From the NCBI GenBank assembly GCA_041743795.1, contig JBGTMF010000512.1:1-48729 (forward strand): DNA of 48,729 nt, in the 5' to 3' direction. Numbering within the stretch: the stretch's first letter is position 1; the number at the start of each line of letters is the position of its first letter. Of the stretch, positions 39,299 to 47,576 are shown piece after piece. Position numbers and translations under genes: made by a program. The notes under the pieces were generated by a model. It did no database searches. It saw nothing but the letters and a program-made list of their open reading frames with translations, and was not told the origin of the DNA. This stretch comes from Thermodesulfobacteriota bacterium (GTDB lineage: Bacteria; Desulfobacterota; Binatia; HRBIN30; CADEER01).

Positions 39299-39427
39299 GT
39301 CGGCGTGCTCCGCGAGTACATGGACCTGTCGCTATGGAATGAGGCCGACGTCGAAAGCGTCGCGATTCAAGAAGCGGCGATCGCGCAACTCGACGACCTG
39401 GGGGCGACACTCATCGATCCGGGTCCA
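39299..39427 (+). pseudogene. internal amidase-like fragment
   Basis: VGVLREYMD...AIAQLDDLGATLIDPGP resembles the amidase-family segment RIGV.RE...A...L..LGAT.VDP. Confidence 0.45.
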
Positions 39428-39527
39428 GTCGGCCGTGCCGACGAGTTCGCGGTGCCGGAGACCGCGCTCAGTCGTTCGCTCGAAGGTCGCGGCGGTGTCG
39501 TCGGCATCGTTGCTTTCGTCTTCACCG

Positions 39528-39944
39528 TCACTTTTCGCTGGACTGCAACACCCAGTTCTCGATCTGTAACGCCGGGACACGATTGAATTCGTTGACGTTG
39601 TTGGTGACGAGCACCAGCCCTTCGCTGCGCGCGTGAGCGGCGATGTGCACGTCGTTGACGCCGATGGGTTGGCCCGCACGTTCGAGAGCAGCCCGGACCT
39701 GGCCGTAGTGCTGCGCCGCCTTCGGTGTGTAGGGCAGGACTTCGAGTCGGCTGACGAAATCGTCTACTGCGGCATGGTTCAATGCCGGACGACTACTCTT
39801 CTCGGCTCCGTGCAAGAGCTCAGCCAGAGTGACGACGGAGATCGCCATACGCGCGGCGTTTGCGTTGAACCGCTCCAGCACTTCCATCGGTCGGCGCTTG
39901 ATCACGTAGATGACGATGTTCGTGTCGAGCAGGTAGGTGAGCAT
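39528..39944 (-). CDS. vapC: VapC PIN-domain toxin
   Basis: YLLDTNIVIY, ELLHGAEKS, GQPIGVNDVHIAAHARS, LVTNN..EF.RV..L. Confidence 0.95.
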   Translation of the reverse strand: MLTYLLDTNIVIYVIKRRPMEVLERFNANAARMAISVVTLAELLHGAEKSSRPALNHAAVDDFVSRLEVLPYTPKAAQHYGQVRAALERAGQPIGVNDVHIAAHARSEGLVLVTNNVNEFNRVPALQIENWVLQSSEK

Positions 39945-40177
39945 CAGAACGGTTCACGCTCACCCTGGTGCTGGGAGGCACGGGCCTCCATGAAGTCGTC
40001 GGTGACCTCCGGTCCGTCGATGAAGAAGCTATCCCAAGTCGAGTTGAGCGGCGCGATGATGCGCTCCTTGCCGCGAGCGCGCACGCTGACCTGCTTGACG
40101 CCCTCGGGAAGACGCAACTCGGCCGGCAGCCGCACCGCCTGGGTCCGGTTGTTGATGAAGACGGAACTCTTCGCCAT
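39944..40177 (-). CDS. vapB: VapB antitoxin (AbrB/MazE fold)
   Basis: VF.NNRTQAVRLP, WDSFF, DDFM..R...Q.ERE; stop overlaps vapC start. Confidence 0.93.
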   Translation of the reverse strand: MAKSSVFINNRTQAVRLPAELRLPEGVKQVSVRARGKERIIAPLNSTWDSFFIDGPEVTDDFMEARASQHQGEREPF

Positions 40178-40447
40178 GACAGCACCCCTCTTAGTATATG
40201 GCGGACGTATATCCCACGAGGACGCTGATCGCAACGCTTCCTAGCCGGTCCGGGCAAACGTTACCGGACGAAGTCGGAAAACGGCGTCGCCGACGCTTTG
40301 GACATCCACTGGCCGTTGAAGTTGCACCACTCAGCGCCAAGCTCGCGGCCCCGCCCCAGGACTCTCGAACACCATGCGACTTCCACGCCCAAATCGGATC
40401 CCTGAGACGTTTTGACGTTAAGACGTCCAGGCGCTACTTTATGGCGC

Positions 40448-40672
40448 ATGGCTCAAAGAGCGACGATCTACTTCGATGAGGACGTTCACCGGGCCCTGCG
40501 GCTCAAAGCCGCGGCGACCGATCGATCGCTGTCGGACATGGTGAACGAGGCAGTGAAACTCGCGCTGTCCGAGGACGCCGAGGATCTCGAGGCGTTCGAT
40601 ACGCGCAAACGCGAGCCTTCGGTGAGTTTCGAAACTTTCGTGAAGGGGCTGAAGGCGCGTGGGGCGATATAG
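40448..40672 (+). CDS. RHH/CopG-family antitoxin
   Basis: RATIYFDEDVHRALRLKAA...SLSDMVNEAV; overlaps relE-like gene. Confidence 0.85.
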   Translation: MAQRATIYFDEDVHRALRLKAAATDRSLSDMVNEAVKLALSEDAEDLEAFDTRKREPSVSFETFVKGLKARGAI

Positions 40673-40922
40673 CGTCCGCCTCCTACGCTCGGCTGCGAAG
40701 GAGATCGAGGCGATCTCGACGAAGAAGGAACGCCAGGCCATCGTCCGCCGGATCGAGGACCTCGCCGGAGATCCCCGCGGGATGGGGTGTGAGAAGCTTG
40801 CCGGTCGTGAAGATCGTTACCGCGTGCGCCAGGGGCGGTACCGCATCGTCTATTCCATCGAGGACGACGTGCTGACGGTAGTGGTTGTGAAGGTCGGCCA
40901 CCGCAAGGACGTGTACTGCTAG
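40659..40922 (+). CDS. relE: RelE/ParE-family toxin
   Basis: SAAKEI, DPR..GCEKL.G, YRVRQG.YRIVY, KVGHRKDVY. Confidence 0.9.
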   Translation: MGRYSVRLLRSAAKEIEAISTKKERQAIVRRIEDLAGDPRGMGCEKLAGREDRYRVRQGRYRIVYSIEDDVLTVVVVKVGHRKDVYC

Positions 40923-41065
40923 CGGCCTGTCGGACGTTCTCGGCACGCCGTGTGAATCGGCGCCGAAGTTTGATCGCTTTCGGCGTACATGCGTCAGAGT
41001 CGACCCACGCGGTCAACGAGGACGACGACGCCGAAAACTTCGCGCACTTCCACGAGGAGGAAGAA

Positions 41066-41158
41066 TGGTCGCGCGTGGATTCCCTCCTTCGCCGAAGGCT
41101 ACAAAGGACAAGCGAACCACCCTCCTCCGCCAAGGCTACAGAGGACAAGCGGACCTCC
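41066..41158 (-). tRNA. tRNA-Val 3' fragment, copy 1 (interrupted by REP-like inserts; att-site remnant)
   Basis: TGGTCGCGCGTGGATT[31 nt]CGAACCA[30 nt]CGGACCTCC; removing inserts restores the sequence of copy 2 with one mismatch. Confidence 0.8.
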
Positions 41159-41186
41159 CTCCTTCGCCGAGGCTTCGGAGGGCGAG
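41082..41186. repeat. three ~30-nt REP-like hairpin units
   Basis: CCCTCCTTCGCCGAAGGCTACAAAGGACAAG (41082-41112), CCCTCCTCCGCCAAGGCTACAGAGGACAAG (41120-41149), CCCTCCTTCGCCGAGGCTTCGGAGGGCGAG (41157-41186). Confidence 0.85.
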
Positions 41187-41230
41187 GGGTGTTGCACCGA
41201 GGCCTCGGGAGGTCCGAGGAGCGTTGGGTA

Positions 41231-41273
41231 TGGTCGCACGTGGATTCGAACCACGGACCTCCTGCATGTGAGA
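41231..41273 (-). tRNA. tRNA-Val(CAC) 3' half, copy 2 (att-site duplication, not a full gene)
   Basis: Minus strand T-CTCACAT-GCAGG-AGGTC-CGTGG-TTCGAAT-CCACG-TGCGACC-A: anticodon loop, variable loop, T-arm, acceptor 3' strand, A73; no 5' half. Confidence 0.9.
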
Positions 41274-41411
41274 GTGGTCAGGCGAACGTCCGGCCTCGTC
41301 CGCGGGCGTCCGAAGTTGTCGATTCAAAGCGGCAATCGAAGACGCGCTGATTCCGTCTGTGTCCGCAGATTTCCGCCAATATGCGCGGCCTTGGCTACAG
41401 TTTGGCTACAG
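41274..41411. promoter_or_regulatory. putative integrase arm region (copy A)
   Basis: GTCC at 41288/41298/41308; TTGGCTACA at 41391 and 41402; homologous to 46391-46527 and 47577-47713. Confidence 0.6.
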
Positions 41412-41490
41412 ACGCAACGGACGTGAGCATGGCGCCGCTGGCCTTGTTTCAGGTGACCGGATCATCGATCCGGGGTAGTGTCGTCGGGCC

Positions 41491-41778
41491 GTGACTGTTC
41501 AACGGAATGTGGTTTTCCGGATTCACGCGATCCGCAGAATGTTTGAGCGAGCGATCGGCGTCGACGATGTGCGAGCCGTCCTCGCGACCGGCGAAACGAT
41601 CGAGGAGTATCCCGACGATGCCCCCTTCCCAAGCCGACTCGTATTGGGAAGCGTGGGCGACCGCCCCATCCACGTCGTCTCTGCCGACGATGTCGACCGT
41701 GGAGAAACGATCGTGATAACCGTATACGAGCCGGACCCGGCGAGATGGGACCCCGGCTTCAGACGGAGGAAGCCATGA
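41491..41778 (+). CDS. DUF4258 protein (putative toxin)
   Basis: HAIRRMFER.I, GETIEEYPDD.P.PS.L.LG, PIHVV, ITVYEPDP..W. Confidence 0.88.
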   Translation: MTVQRNVVFRIHAIRRMFERAIGVDDVRAVLATGETIEEYPDDAPFPSRLVLGSVGDRPIHVVSADDVDRGETIVITVYEPDPARWDPGFRRRKP

Positions 41779-42002
41779 AGTGCGTCATCTGCAAGCAGGG
41801 CGAAACTCAACCCGGCAAAGCCACGGTTACGCTCGAACGAGGGGGCTCCGTCGTGGTCTTCAAATCCGTCCCGGCGGAGATCTGTTCCAACTGCGGCGAA
41901 GAGTACGTCGACGAGAGCACTACGGCGAGGTTACTGTCCGCAGCCGAGGACGCGATGAAAACCGGTGTGCAAGTCGACGTGCGAGAGTACATCGCCGCGT
42001 GA
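41775..42002 (+). CDS. YgiT/MqsA-type zinc-finger antitoxin
   Basis: MKCVICKQG...VPAEICSNCGEEY; ATGA overlap with DUF4258. Confidence 0.88.
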   Translation: MKCVICKQGETQPGKATVTLERGGSVVVFKSVPAEICSNCGEEYVDESTTARLLSAAEDAMKTGVQVDVREYIAA

Positions 42003-42172
42003 GCGACGATTCGCGTCGAGTCCAAACGCGCTTCGCGCGGTCCCAAGCAGCTACGCCGCGCCCCAACGCGACTGCATCGCGGTCCAAAGACGCTCGCCGT
42101 CGCCGGGGGCCGAGCGGCCTGCCCGACGCCAGCGCGCGCCGCTCTCGGTTGGATCCGGATCGAGGTCGACGA

Positions 42173-42715
42173 TCAGCGTTTCTCCGGCACGACTGAAGGC
42201 GGCTTGGACTCGGGCAACTCGTTGGTGAAAGGCCCTCCGCGAGATGGACGTACACCCGACACGACAGCGCCGGTGGACTTGTCCTCGATCCAAGCTGCCC
42301 AGCTGCCCTTTGCGCCGCCTAGGCGTGCCTGGAACTCCTTTCCAAACTCGCGCCAGAATCCTTCACGGAGCACCTCGGCCTTGACCTCGTAGTGGTGTCC
42401 GGGATGCGCGACCAGAGCCAGCACCGCGTTCTCGGTAGAACGAGTGTATCCGCTGCGAAAGGAACACTCGATGACATGTTCTCCCGCCTCGACTTCGATC
42501 TCGAGCTCGACTCGTCCCCAAAAACCAATGTCGATGTCCCGAACCTGCTTACCATCGACCCACCAGACAAACACGTGCCCCTTTTCGAATTCATGCTGTT
42601 CGCTCACCCGTGCGGTCGCGGATTCGCCTTGATCGGCGAGACGAACTTTTGGGTAGCTGTGACATCCAATCGCCAAGGCCGCGAGGCTACAGGCGAGGAA
42701 AACCGTCGCATTCAT
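42173..42715 (-). CDS. hypothetical lipoprotein
   Basis: MNATVFLACSLAALAIG-C lipobox; beta-rich body. Confidence 0.6.
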   Translation of the reverse strand: MNATVFLACSLAALAIGCHSYPKVRLADQGESATARVSEQHEFEKGHVFVWWVDGKQVRDIDIGFWGRVELEIEVEAGEHVIECSFRSGYTRSTENAVLALVAHPGHHYEVKAEVLREGFWREFGKEFQARLGGAKGSWAAWIEDKSTGAVVSGVRPSRGGPFTNELPESKPPSVVPEKR

Positions 42716-42953
42716 AACGGCACGATAGACCGAATAAGCTAGAGATTTGAAGTAATCTCGGCGACGGGAGGTTCGATCCTCCCGAGCAGAGCTTCGACGC
42801 ACCTCGCCCAACGAAGGCGCCGCGCCCCGTGAATTGCAGTGAGCAGCTGAATCCAAATCCATCCACCTCTCCAGAGGGAGAGGTCGCGCGCAGCGCGGGT
42901 GAGGGGACAACCAATGATCTCGCGCAGCGAGACTCCGAATTTCCTGGCCCAAC

Positions 42954-43172
42954 ACCACCGCCGAAGCCGACGTGATCGTCGAGCGCAACGGCCTGTTGTA
43001 CGGCATCGAGGTAAAGGCGACGGCGACACCACATCCACACCACCGTGAAAGCATCGCGCGCTGGCTGGAGCTGGTCGGCCAAACCGCACACGGCGTAGTC
43101 GCCTGCGACATCGAGCGCCCCAAGTCACTCCGCCGCGGGATTCGCGCCGTCCCTTGGCACCTCGCCTGGTAG
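42954..43172 (+). pseudogene. 3' fragment of AAA-ATPase/DUF4143 protein
   Basis: EADVIVERNG...GIEVKAT PD-(D/E)xK-like C-terminus; no ATPase part upstream. Confidence 0.6.
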
Positions 43173-43299
43173 TGTCAGAGGAAAGAAGGAGAGGAAAGAA
43201 GGACACCCACTCCTCGAAGGCCAGCCAACTCGTTGATTTCATTCACAATCGAGTCGCCCATCCGAGTGGGTGTTCTTCGAGAGGGTGTCCGCATTCGAG

Positions 43300-43555
43300 T
43301 GGCTTGCGTATGAGCCGCAGCTCCCTGAAGGCAGGCCTGGCCAGAGAACGGACCACGTTTCAGTCGATCCTGACCGAGACCCGCGCGGAAATGGCTCGCG
43401 ACTACCTCTGCCACGGGCACTACTCCATCAAGGAGATCGCCTTCCTGCTCGGGTTCGCCGACGCGACGACCTTCACCCGCGCGTTTCGCGCCTGGACGGG
43501 CGAACCTCCCGCACGCTTCGCCGCCGCCCGGCGGCGCGGCGGCCGCGCAACGTAG
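43300..43555 (+). pseudogene. AraC HTH C-terminal fragment
   Basis: TTFQSIL...R...A..YL....SIKEIAFLLGFAD...F.RAFR.WTG..P; sensing domain absent. Confidence 0.7.
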
Positions 43556-43893
43556 TCGGTCATCGGGTTATGCGGAGATCTGCGGTCACGGGGGCGATCA
43601 CTCCGTACAGCAACGTTTCGATCACGGCGCCGACGCGCCGCTCACTGACCTGCTCGTCGGCGCCGGCGAGCACGAGCAGGGTGTAGTGAGACCGATGGGG
43701 ACGTATGTATCGAATCGTCCACGCCCGAGGACGCCGCGCCGCCGACCGAAGTTCACACAACGCGGCAACTCGGCTGACTCGTTACCTACGTCCCCCGCCT
43801 TCCCCGAAGTTCTGGCCTTCAGCGACCTTCATTCGAGGAAGCGTCGGCCGACTAACGCCGCATGGTCTAGATCTCGAACGCGAGAGATCGAGC

Positions 43894-44631
43894 ATGGCGG
43901 TGAATCTGCGCAAGAGGATCGTGAGTCGCTTGGAAGCCTCGGTTCGGCGGCGAGGCTATCCGCGGACGGCCGTGGCGTTGGCGATCGCGCTGGCTGCTGT
44001 CTCCTCGCTGATCTTGTCAATTGTCCTCCTGCGATGGGGGCTCACTCACATGGGAGTTCGCTATTTCCTGTGCGCGGCATTCGGTTACGGCGTCTTTCTG
44101 GTCCTCCTGCGTATCTTGGTGTCGCGACATTTCCATGAGCTCGACCCTGGGTTGGACTTGTTGAGCCCGCGCGATTTCGCTGACCGACCTCCGTTGCCAT
44201 CTGGAGGAGGCGGCGAGTTTGGAGGCGCGGGGGCGAGCGCCAATTGGAGTGACGGATCGGCTCTCACTTCGTCGTCGACACCCACGGATTCCGATGCAAT
44301 TGGCGGAGGAATCCCGGACGTTGATCTGGACGAGGGATGGGTGATTGCGATTCCGCTCATAATCCTCGGCAGTGGGATTCTAGCGGTTGGCTATATCGTC
44401 GTGATTGCTCCTGTGCTCGTGGCGGAGATCGTCTTGGACCTGGCGATCGCTGACGGTGCCTATCGCGGAGTGATTCGATCGCATCGCCGGCCATGGCCCG
44501 GAGGCGCTTTTCGACGTACTCGACTCGCGGCGCTGGGCCTCGTTGTTTTCGTGGGTATCGGAGGCTCTGCGCTGCAGGCGGCGGCACCGGCCGCGCATAC
44601 GATCGGCGCAGCCGTCACGAGCCTTTGGTGA
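43894..44631 (+). CDS. hypothetical membrane protein with GGGGEFGGAGAS motif
   Basis: Several TM stretches, Gly-rich linker; start uncertain. Confidence 0.7.
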   Translation: MAVNLRKRIVSRLEASVRRRGYPRTAVALAIALAAVSSLILSIVLLRWGLTHMGVRYFLCAAFGYGVFLVLLRILVSRHFHELDPGLDLLSPRDFADRPPLPSGGGGEFGGAGASANWSDGSALTSSSTPTDSDAIGGGIPDVDLDEGWVIAIPLIILGSGILAVGYIVVIAPVLVAEIVLDLAIADGAYRGVIRSHRRPWPGGAFRRTRLAALGLVVFVGIGGSALQAAAPAAHTIGAAVTSLW

Positions 44632-45071
44632 GGAGGCTTTCGAACGTCCGGAAGCCGCTTTCTTCGTTACATTTCGCTGTTGCTCGACGCATTGCGCTCG
44701 TCGTCCCCAGCGCCGATGCGTCCGGGTGATGCATTCAAGTGGATCCGCGACAATACCGAAGTACCGGAGGAGGATCTCACCCGAACCAATGTCGGTGTCC
44801 TACATGCGCATCAAGGCGACGGGAACCATCAAGGGGCAGGGGGACGATCGTCGAACAACTCCACCCGGCCGGATCGAGGAACCAGGGGTTCGATACCGAT
44901 ACCGAGGCATGGGATGGCGGAACAGCGCGCACGCTGACGTCGGGCGGCGCGGTCGCTTTGTGGATTGTGCCACTGTGGCGAGAGGCCGTCCCGAGAGGCA
45001 ATGGAGCGATCGGTACCCTCGACAACGACAGGCGTTGTCAGATGAACGCGGATGCGCGAGATGTTTGTGAG

Positions 45072-45566
45072 ATGGCAGCGAACGTCGACAAGAAGGAAGT
45101 CATCGGAGAGTTGCGCGGACGGCTTCGCGAGAGGCTGAATGGGCTCACCGCTGCGCAGGGGGCGGCTCAGTCGGGTGCCGTGCACGAGGAAACTCGGCAA
45201 GAGGATCCTAAGGATACCCGGGCGATCGAGGCCACCTACCTGGCGCGCGGCCTGGCCGAGCGGGTGGAGACTCTGCGCAACGACATTGCGGCCGTCGGGT
45301 CGATGGAACCGCGTGTGTTCGCGCCGGACGATTCGGTTGCGCTCGGCGCTCTGCTCGGCCTCGAAGAGGTGGGCGGCAACGAGGTGGTCTATTTTCTCGC
45401 TCCGTGCGGCGGCGGCGAAAGGCTCGCAGTCGATGGTGTCGCCGTTCAGGTGTTGACGCCGACATCGCCGCTAGGCAGCGCGCTGATCGACAAAGGCGCT
45501 GGCGAGGAGGTCGACGTCCACCTGCCGGCCCGTCGACTCCAGGCGCTCATCACATGGATCGCATGA
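45072..45566 (+). CDS. GreA/GreB-family protein
   Basis: AVHEE..QEDPKDTRAIEATYLARG, LTPTSPLG.AL..K..GEEV. Confidence 0.82.
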   Translation: MAANVDKKEVIGELRGRLRERLNGLTAAQGAAQSGAVHEETRQEDPKDTRAIEATYLARGLAERVETLRNDIAAVGSMEPRVFAPDDSVALGALLGLEEVGGNEVVYFLAPCGGGERLAVDGVAVQVLTPTSPLGSALIDKGAGEEVDVHLPARRLQALITWIA

Positions 45567-45730
45567 TTCCCACGCTCGAGGGCTGGCAGGGGATGTTCCC
45601 GAATGCCTGAGTTGGAGTAGTGGAGAATGACGGGAGGTGGGGTGTTCACCCCCTGAGTGCTCCCGATCGTGTATCATGCACACACACCGGTATACGGAGT
45701 GGAGCCGTCTCGGGCCGGAGGGAGGCAACG

Positions 45731-46231
45731 ATGAGTGATGCGGCACGCGCGTGGGAGGATCGCGACGCGATTCAGCAGTTGATCTACCGCTACTCCGACG
45801 CGGTGACGCGGGCCGACTATGAGCAGATGGCCACGGTCTTCGCCGCCGACGCCGTGTGGGAGAGCCCGATCCTCGGAATGCACTTCGAGAGCGCACGCGA
45901 GTTCGTCGACTTCCAGATTGAAGGCTGTACGGCGGTCGATGTATTGATCCAAACCGCCGCCGGGCCTGTTGTCGAGCTGCTCGGTCCCGACCGCGCAGTC
46001 GCAACCACGAACATCCGCGAGATCATCCGGGGAACGACGACCGTCGACGGGGTGGGGCTTCCTGCTGGGGCCGACATCAACGTCGATCAATATGGGATCT
46101 ACTTCGACGAGTTCAAGAAGATCGACGGCGCGTGGAAGTTCACCCGGCGGGTCTTCGTTCCGATCCTGATCGCATCGGGCCCAGTGGTCGGGGACATCAC
46201 GACTACCCGGCCGGTCGCTCGACCTGGGTGA
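45731..46231 (+). CDS. NTF2/SnoaL-like protein
   Basis: DRDAIQQLIYRYSDAV..., FAADAVW, YFDEF.K.DG.WKFTRR; GGAGG RBS. Confidence 0.85.
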   Translation: MSDAARAWEDRDAIQQLIYRYSDAVTRADYEQMATVFAADAVWESPILGMHFESAREFVDFQIEGCTAVDVLIQTAAGPVVELLGPDRAVATTNIREIIRGTTTVDGVGLPAGADINVDQYGIYFDEFKKIDGAWKFTRRVFVPILIASGPVVGDITTTRPVARPG

Positions 46232-46288
46232 GCCTCCAAGCAGGCGCGCCAGACCTGCCGATCCGGGTCCTCGCGAGGCGTCGGATAC

Positions 46289-46390
46289 GGTCGCACGTGG
46301 ATTCCCTCCTTCGCCAAGGCTACGGACGGCAGGCGAACCACCCTCCTCCGCCAAGGCTACGGAGGACAAGCGGACCTCCTGCAGGTGAGA
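46289..46390 (-). tRNA. tRNA-Val 3' half, copy 3 (two REP-like inserts)
   Basis: GGTCGCACGTGGATT[46304-46333]CGAACCA[46341-46370]CGGACCTCCTGCAGGTGAGA. Confidence 0.85.
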
Positions 46391-46527
46391 AGGATCAGGG
46401 AACAGTCCGCCACAGTCGGCAGACGTCCCAAATTGTAGATCGCAAACGGATTCCTAAGAAGCGCTGATTCCGCCCACATGCGCCGGATTCAACCACCGTC
46501 CAACTCGTTGGCTACAACTGGGCTACG
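46391..46527. promoter_or_regulatory. putative integrase arm region (copy B)
   Basis: GTCC/GTCG/GTCC at 46405/46415/46425; TTGGCTACA 46508 and TGGGCTACG 46519. Confidence 0.6.
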
Positions 46528-46593
46528 AGTTCTGCAGGCCTCGGATTGCGCTGGTAGCAGACAAGCTGCCGGAACACGCCTATGTTTACCGAT

Positions 46594-46699
46594 CTATCGG
46601 CGAGCCCTCAAGTACCAAGGTTCTCGACTGCAGCGCATGACCGCAACGATAAGGACGAAGTCTGGCTCGATGGCGTAATGCACGCCGTACCGAAACGCG
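46594..46699 (-). pseudogene. 3' fragment of ParE/RelE-like toxin
   Basis: AFRYGVHYAIEPDFVLIVAVMRCSREPWYLRARR* resembles FPY...Y.......I.AV.H..R.P.YW. Confidence 0.6.
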
Positions 46700-46765
46700 T
46701 GGGTGCAGGAGTTGATAGATGAGGAATGTCCCCCTGTGAGCGAAACGGACCGGCCGGCTCGTTGC

Positions 46766-47335
46766 TCAGGCGTTGCGAGCCGCCGCGTAGATCTCGTCGA
46801 TCTGTAACTCGACGCCGATTGCGTGGAGAGGAACCGCCTCGCCGCCACCAAACGAGCGAAGCTGCCAACCGTCCCCGCCTCGGGTCCACAGCTCGAAGCG
46901 CTCGGAGGCGTGATCCACGATCGCGATCGCTTCGAGCGTTCGGATCGTCTTGTAGTGCTCGAGCTTCTCGCCGCGATCGTACTCGGCGGTGCCGGGGCTG
47001 GTGATTTCAACGACCACCTTCGGGTTGACGACGTGCGCTGTGCTTTCGGGGTCGCGCTCCGACGGGCCGCAAATCACGGTGACATCGGGATAGGTTGCGA
47101 GCCCGGTGGCGAGAACGCGAACGCGGAGGTCCGAGCTGTAGACGCGGCACGTTTGCGGGTCGAGTTGACGGCCGAGAGCGGCGGTGATCGTGGCCGCCAT
47201 CGCCGCGTGTTCGGGCGTGCCGCCGGCCATCGCGTAGATTTCACCGTCGAGAAACTCGTGTCGAACGCGAGCGACTTCTTCGAGATCGAGGTACTCGGTG
47301 AAGGTGTAGGCGTGTAGCGCGGCGGGGCGGTTCAT
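46766..47335 (-). CDS. Uma2-family endonuclease
   Basis: EYL..E....RHEFLDGEIYAMAGGTPEH, YSSDLRV, TYPDV, EITSPGT..YDRGEKL.HY. Confidence 0.92.
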   Translation of the reverse strand: MNRPAALHAYTFTEYLDLEEVARVRHEFLDGEIYAMAGGTPEHAAMAATITAALGRQLDPQTCRVYSSDLRVRVLATGLATYPDVTVICGPSERDPESTAHVVNPKVVVEITSPGTAEYDRGEKLEHYKTIRTLEAIAIVDHASERFELWTRGGDGWQLRSFGGGEAVPLHAIGVELQIDEIYAAARNA

Positions 47336-47533
47336 GACGAGACGATAGCGGATGCGCACCGGCAAATCACGCGCGAAGGCGCGAGGACCAAGCCGTTCCT
47401 GGCAAGGATCGACGCCTGCCATTCTCGCTCCCGAAGGTGGTGTGAACACCCACCCAGCCTCGGCGGCGAGGGCGGCTTCGCCGGGGATGATGACGAAGCC
47501 GCTAACGTGGCGCAATTCCTCGAAGAGGAAGAG

Positions 47534-47576
47534 TGGTCGCACGTGGATTCGAACCACGGACCTCCTGCATGTGAGA
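47534..47576 (-). tRNA. tRNA-Val(CAC) 3' half, copy 4
   Basis: 43 nt identical to 41231-41273. Confidence 0.9.

Noticed and set aside
41082-41186. ~30-nt repeats with short spacers resembling a CRISPR array
   Set aside because: Spacers are only 7 nt and are consecutive pieces of the tRNA T-arm; repeats are imperfect; no cas genes.
41231-41273. Functional tRNA-Val gene, or split/permuted tRNA
   Set aside because: No D-arm or 5' acceptor strand found in the window; homology stops at the anticodon loop, as expected for att duplications.
43560-43690. Possible TetR-like C-terminal fragment on minus strand
   Set aside because: Similarity too weak to call without a search.
45617-45640. AGTGGAGAATGACGGGAG, loosely like a reverse-complement tRNA-Ala end
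   Set aside because: No TTCGA T-loop or stem; too short.
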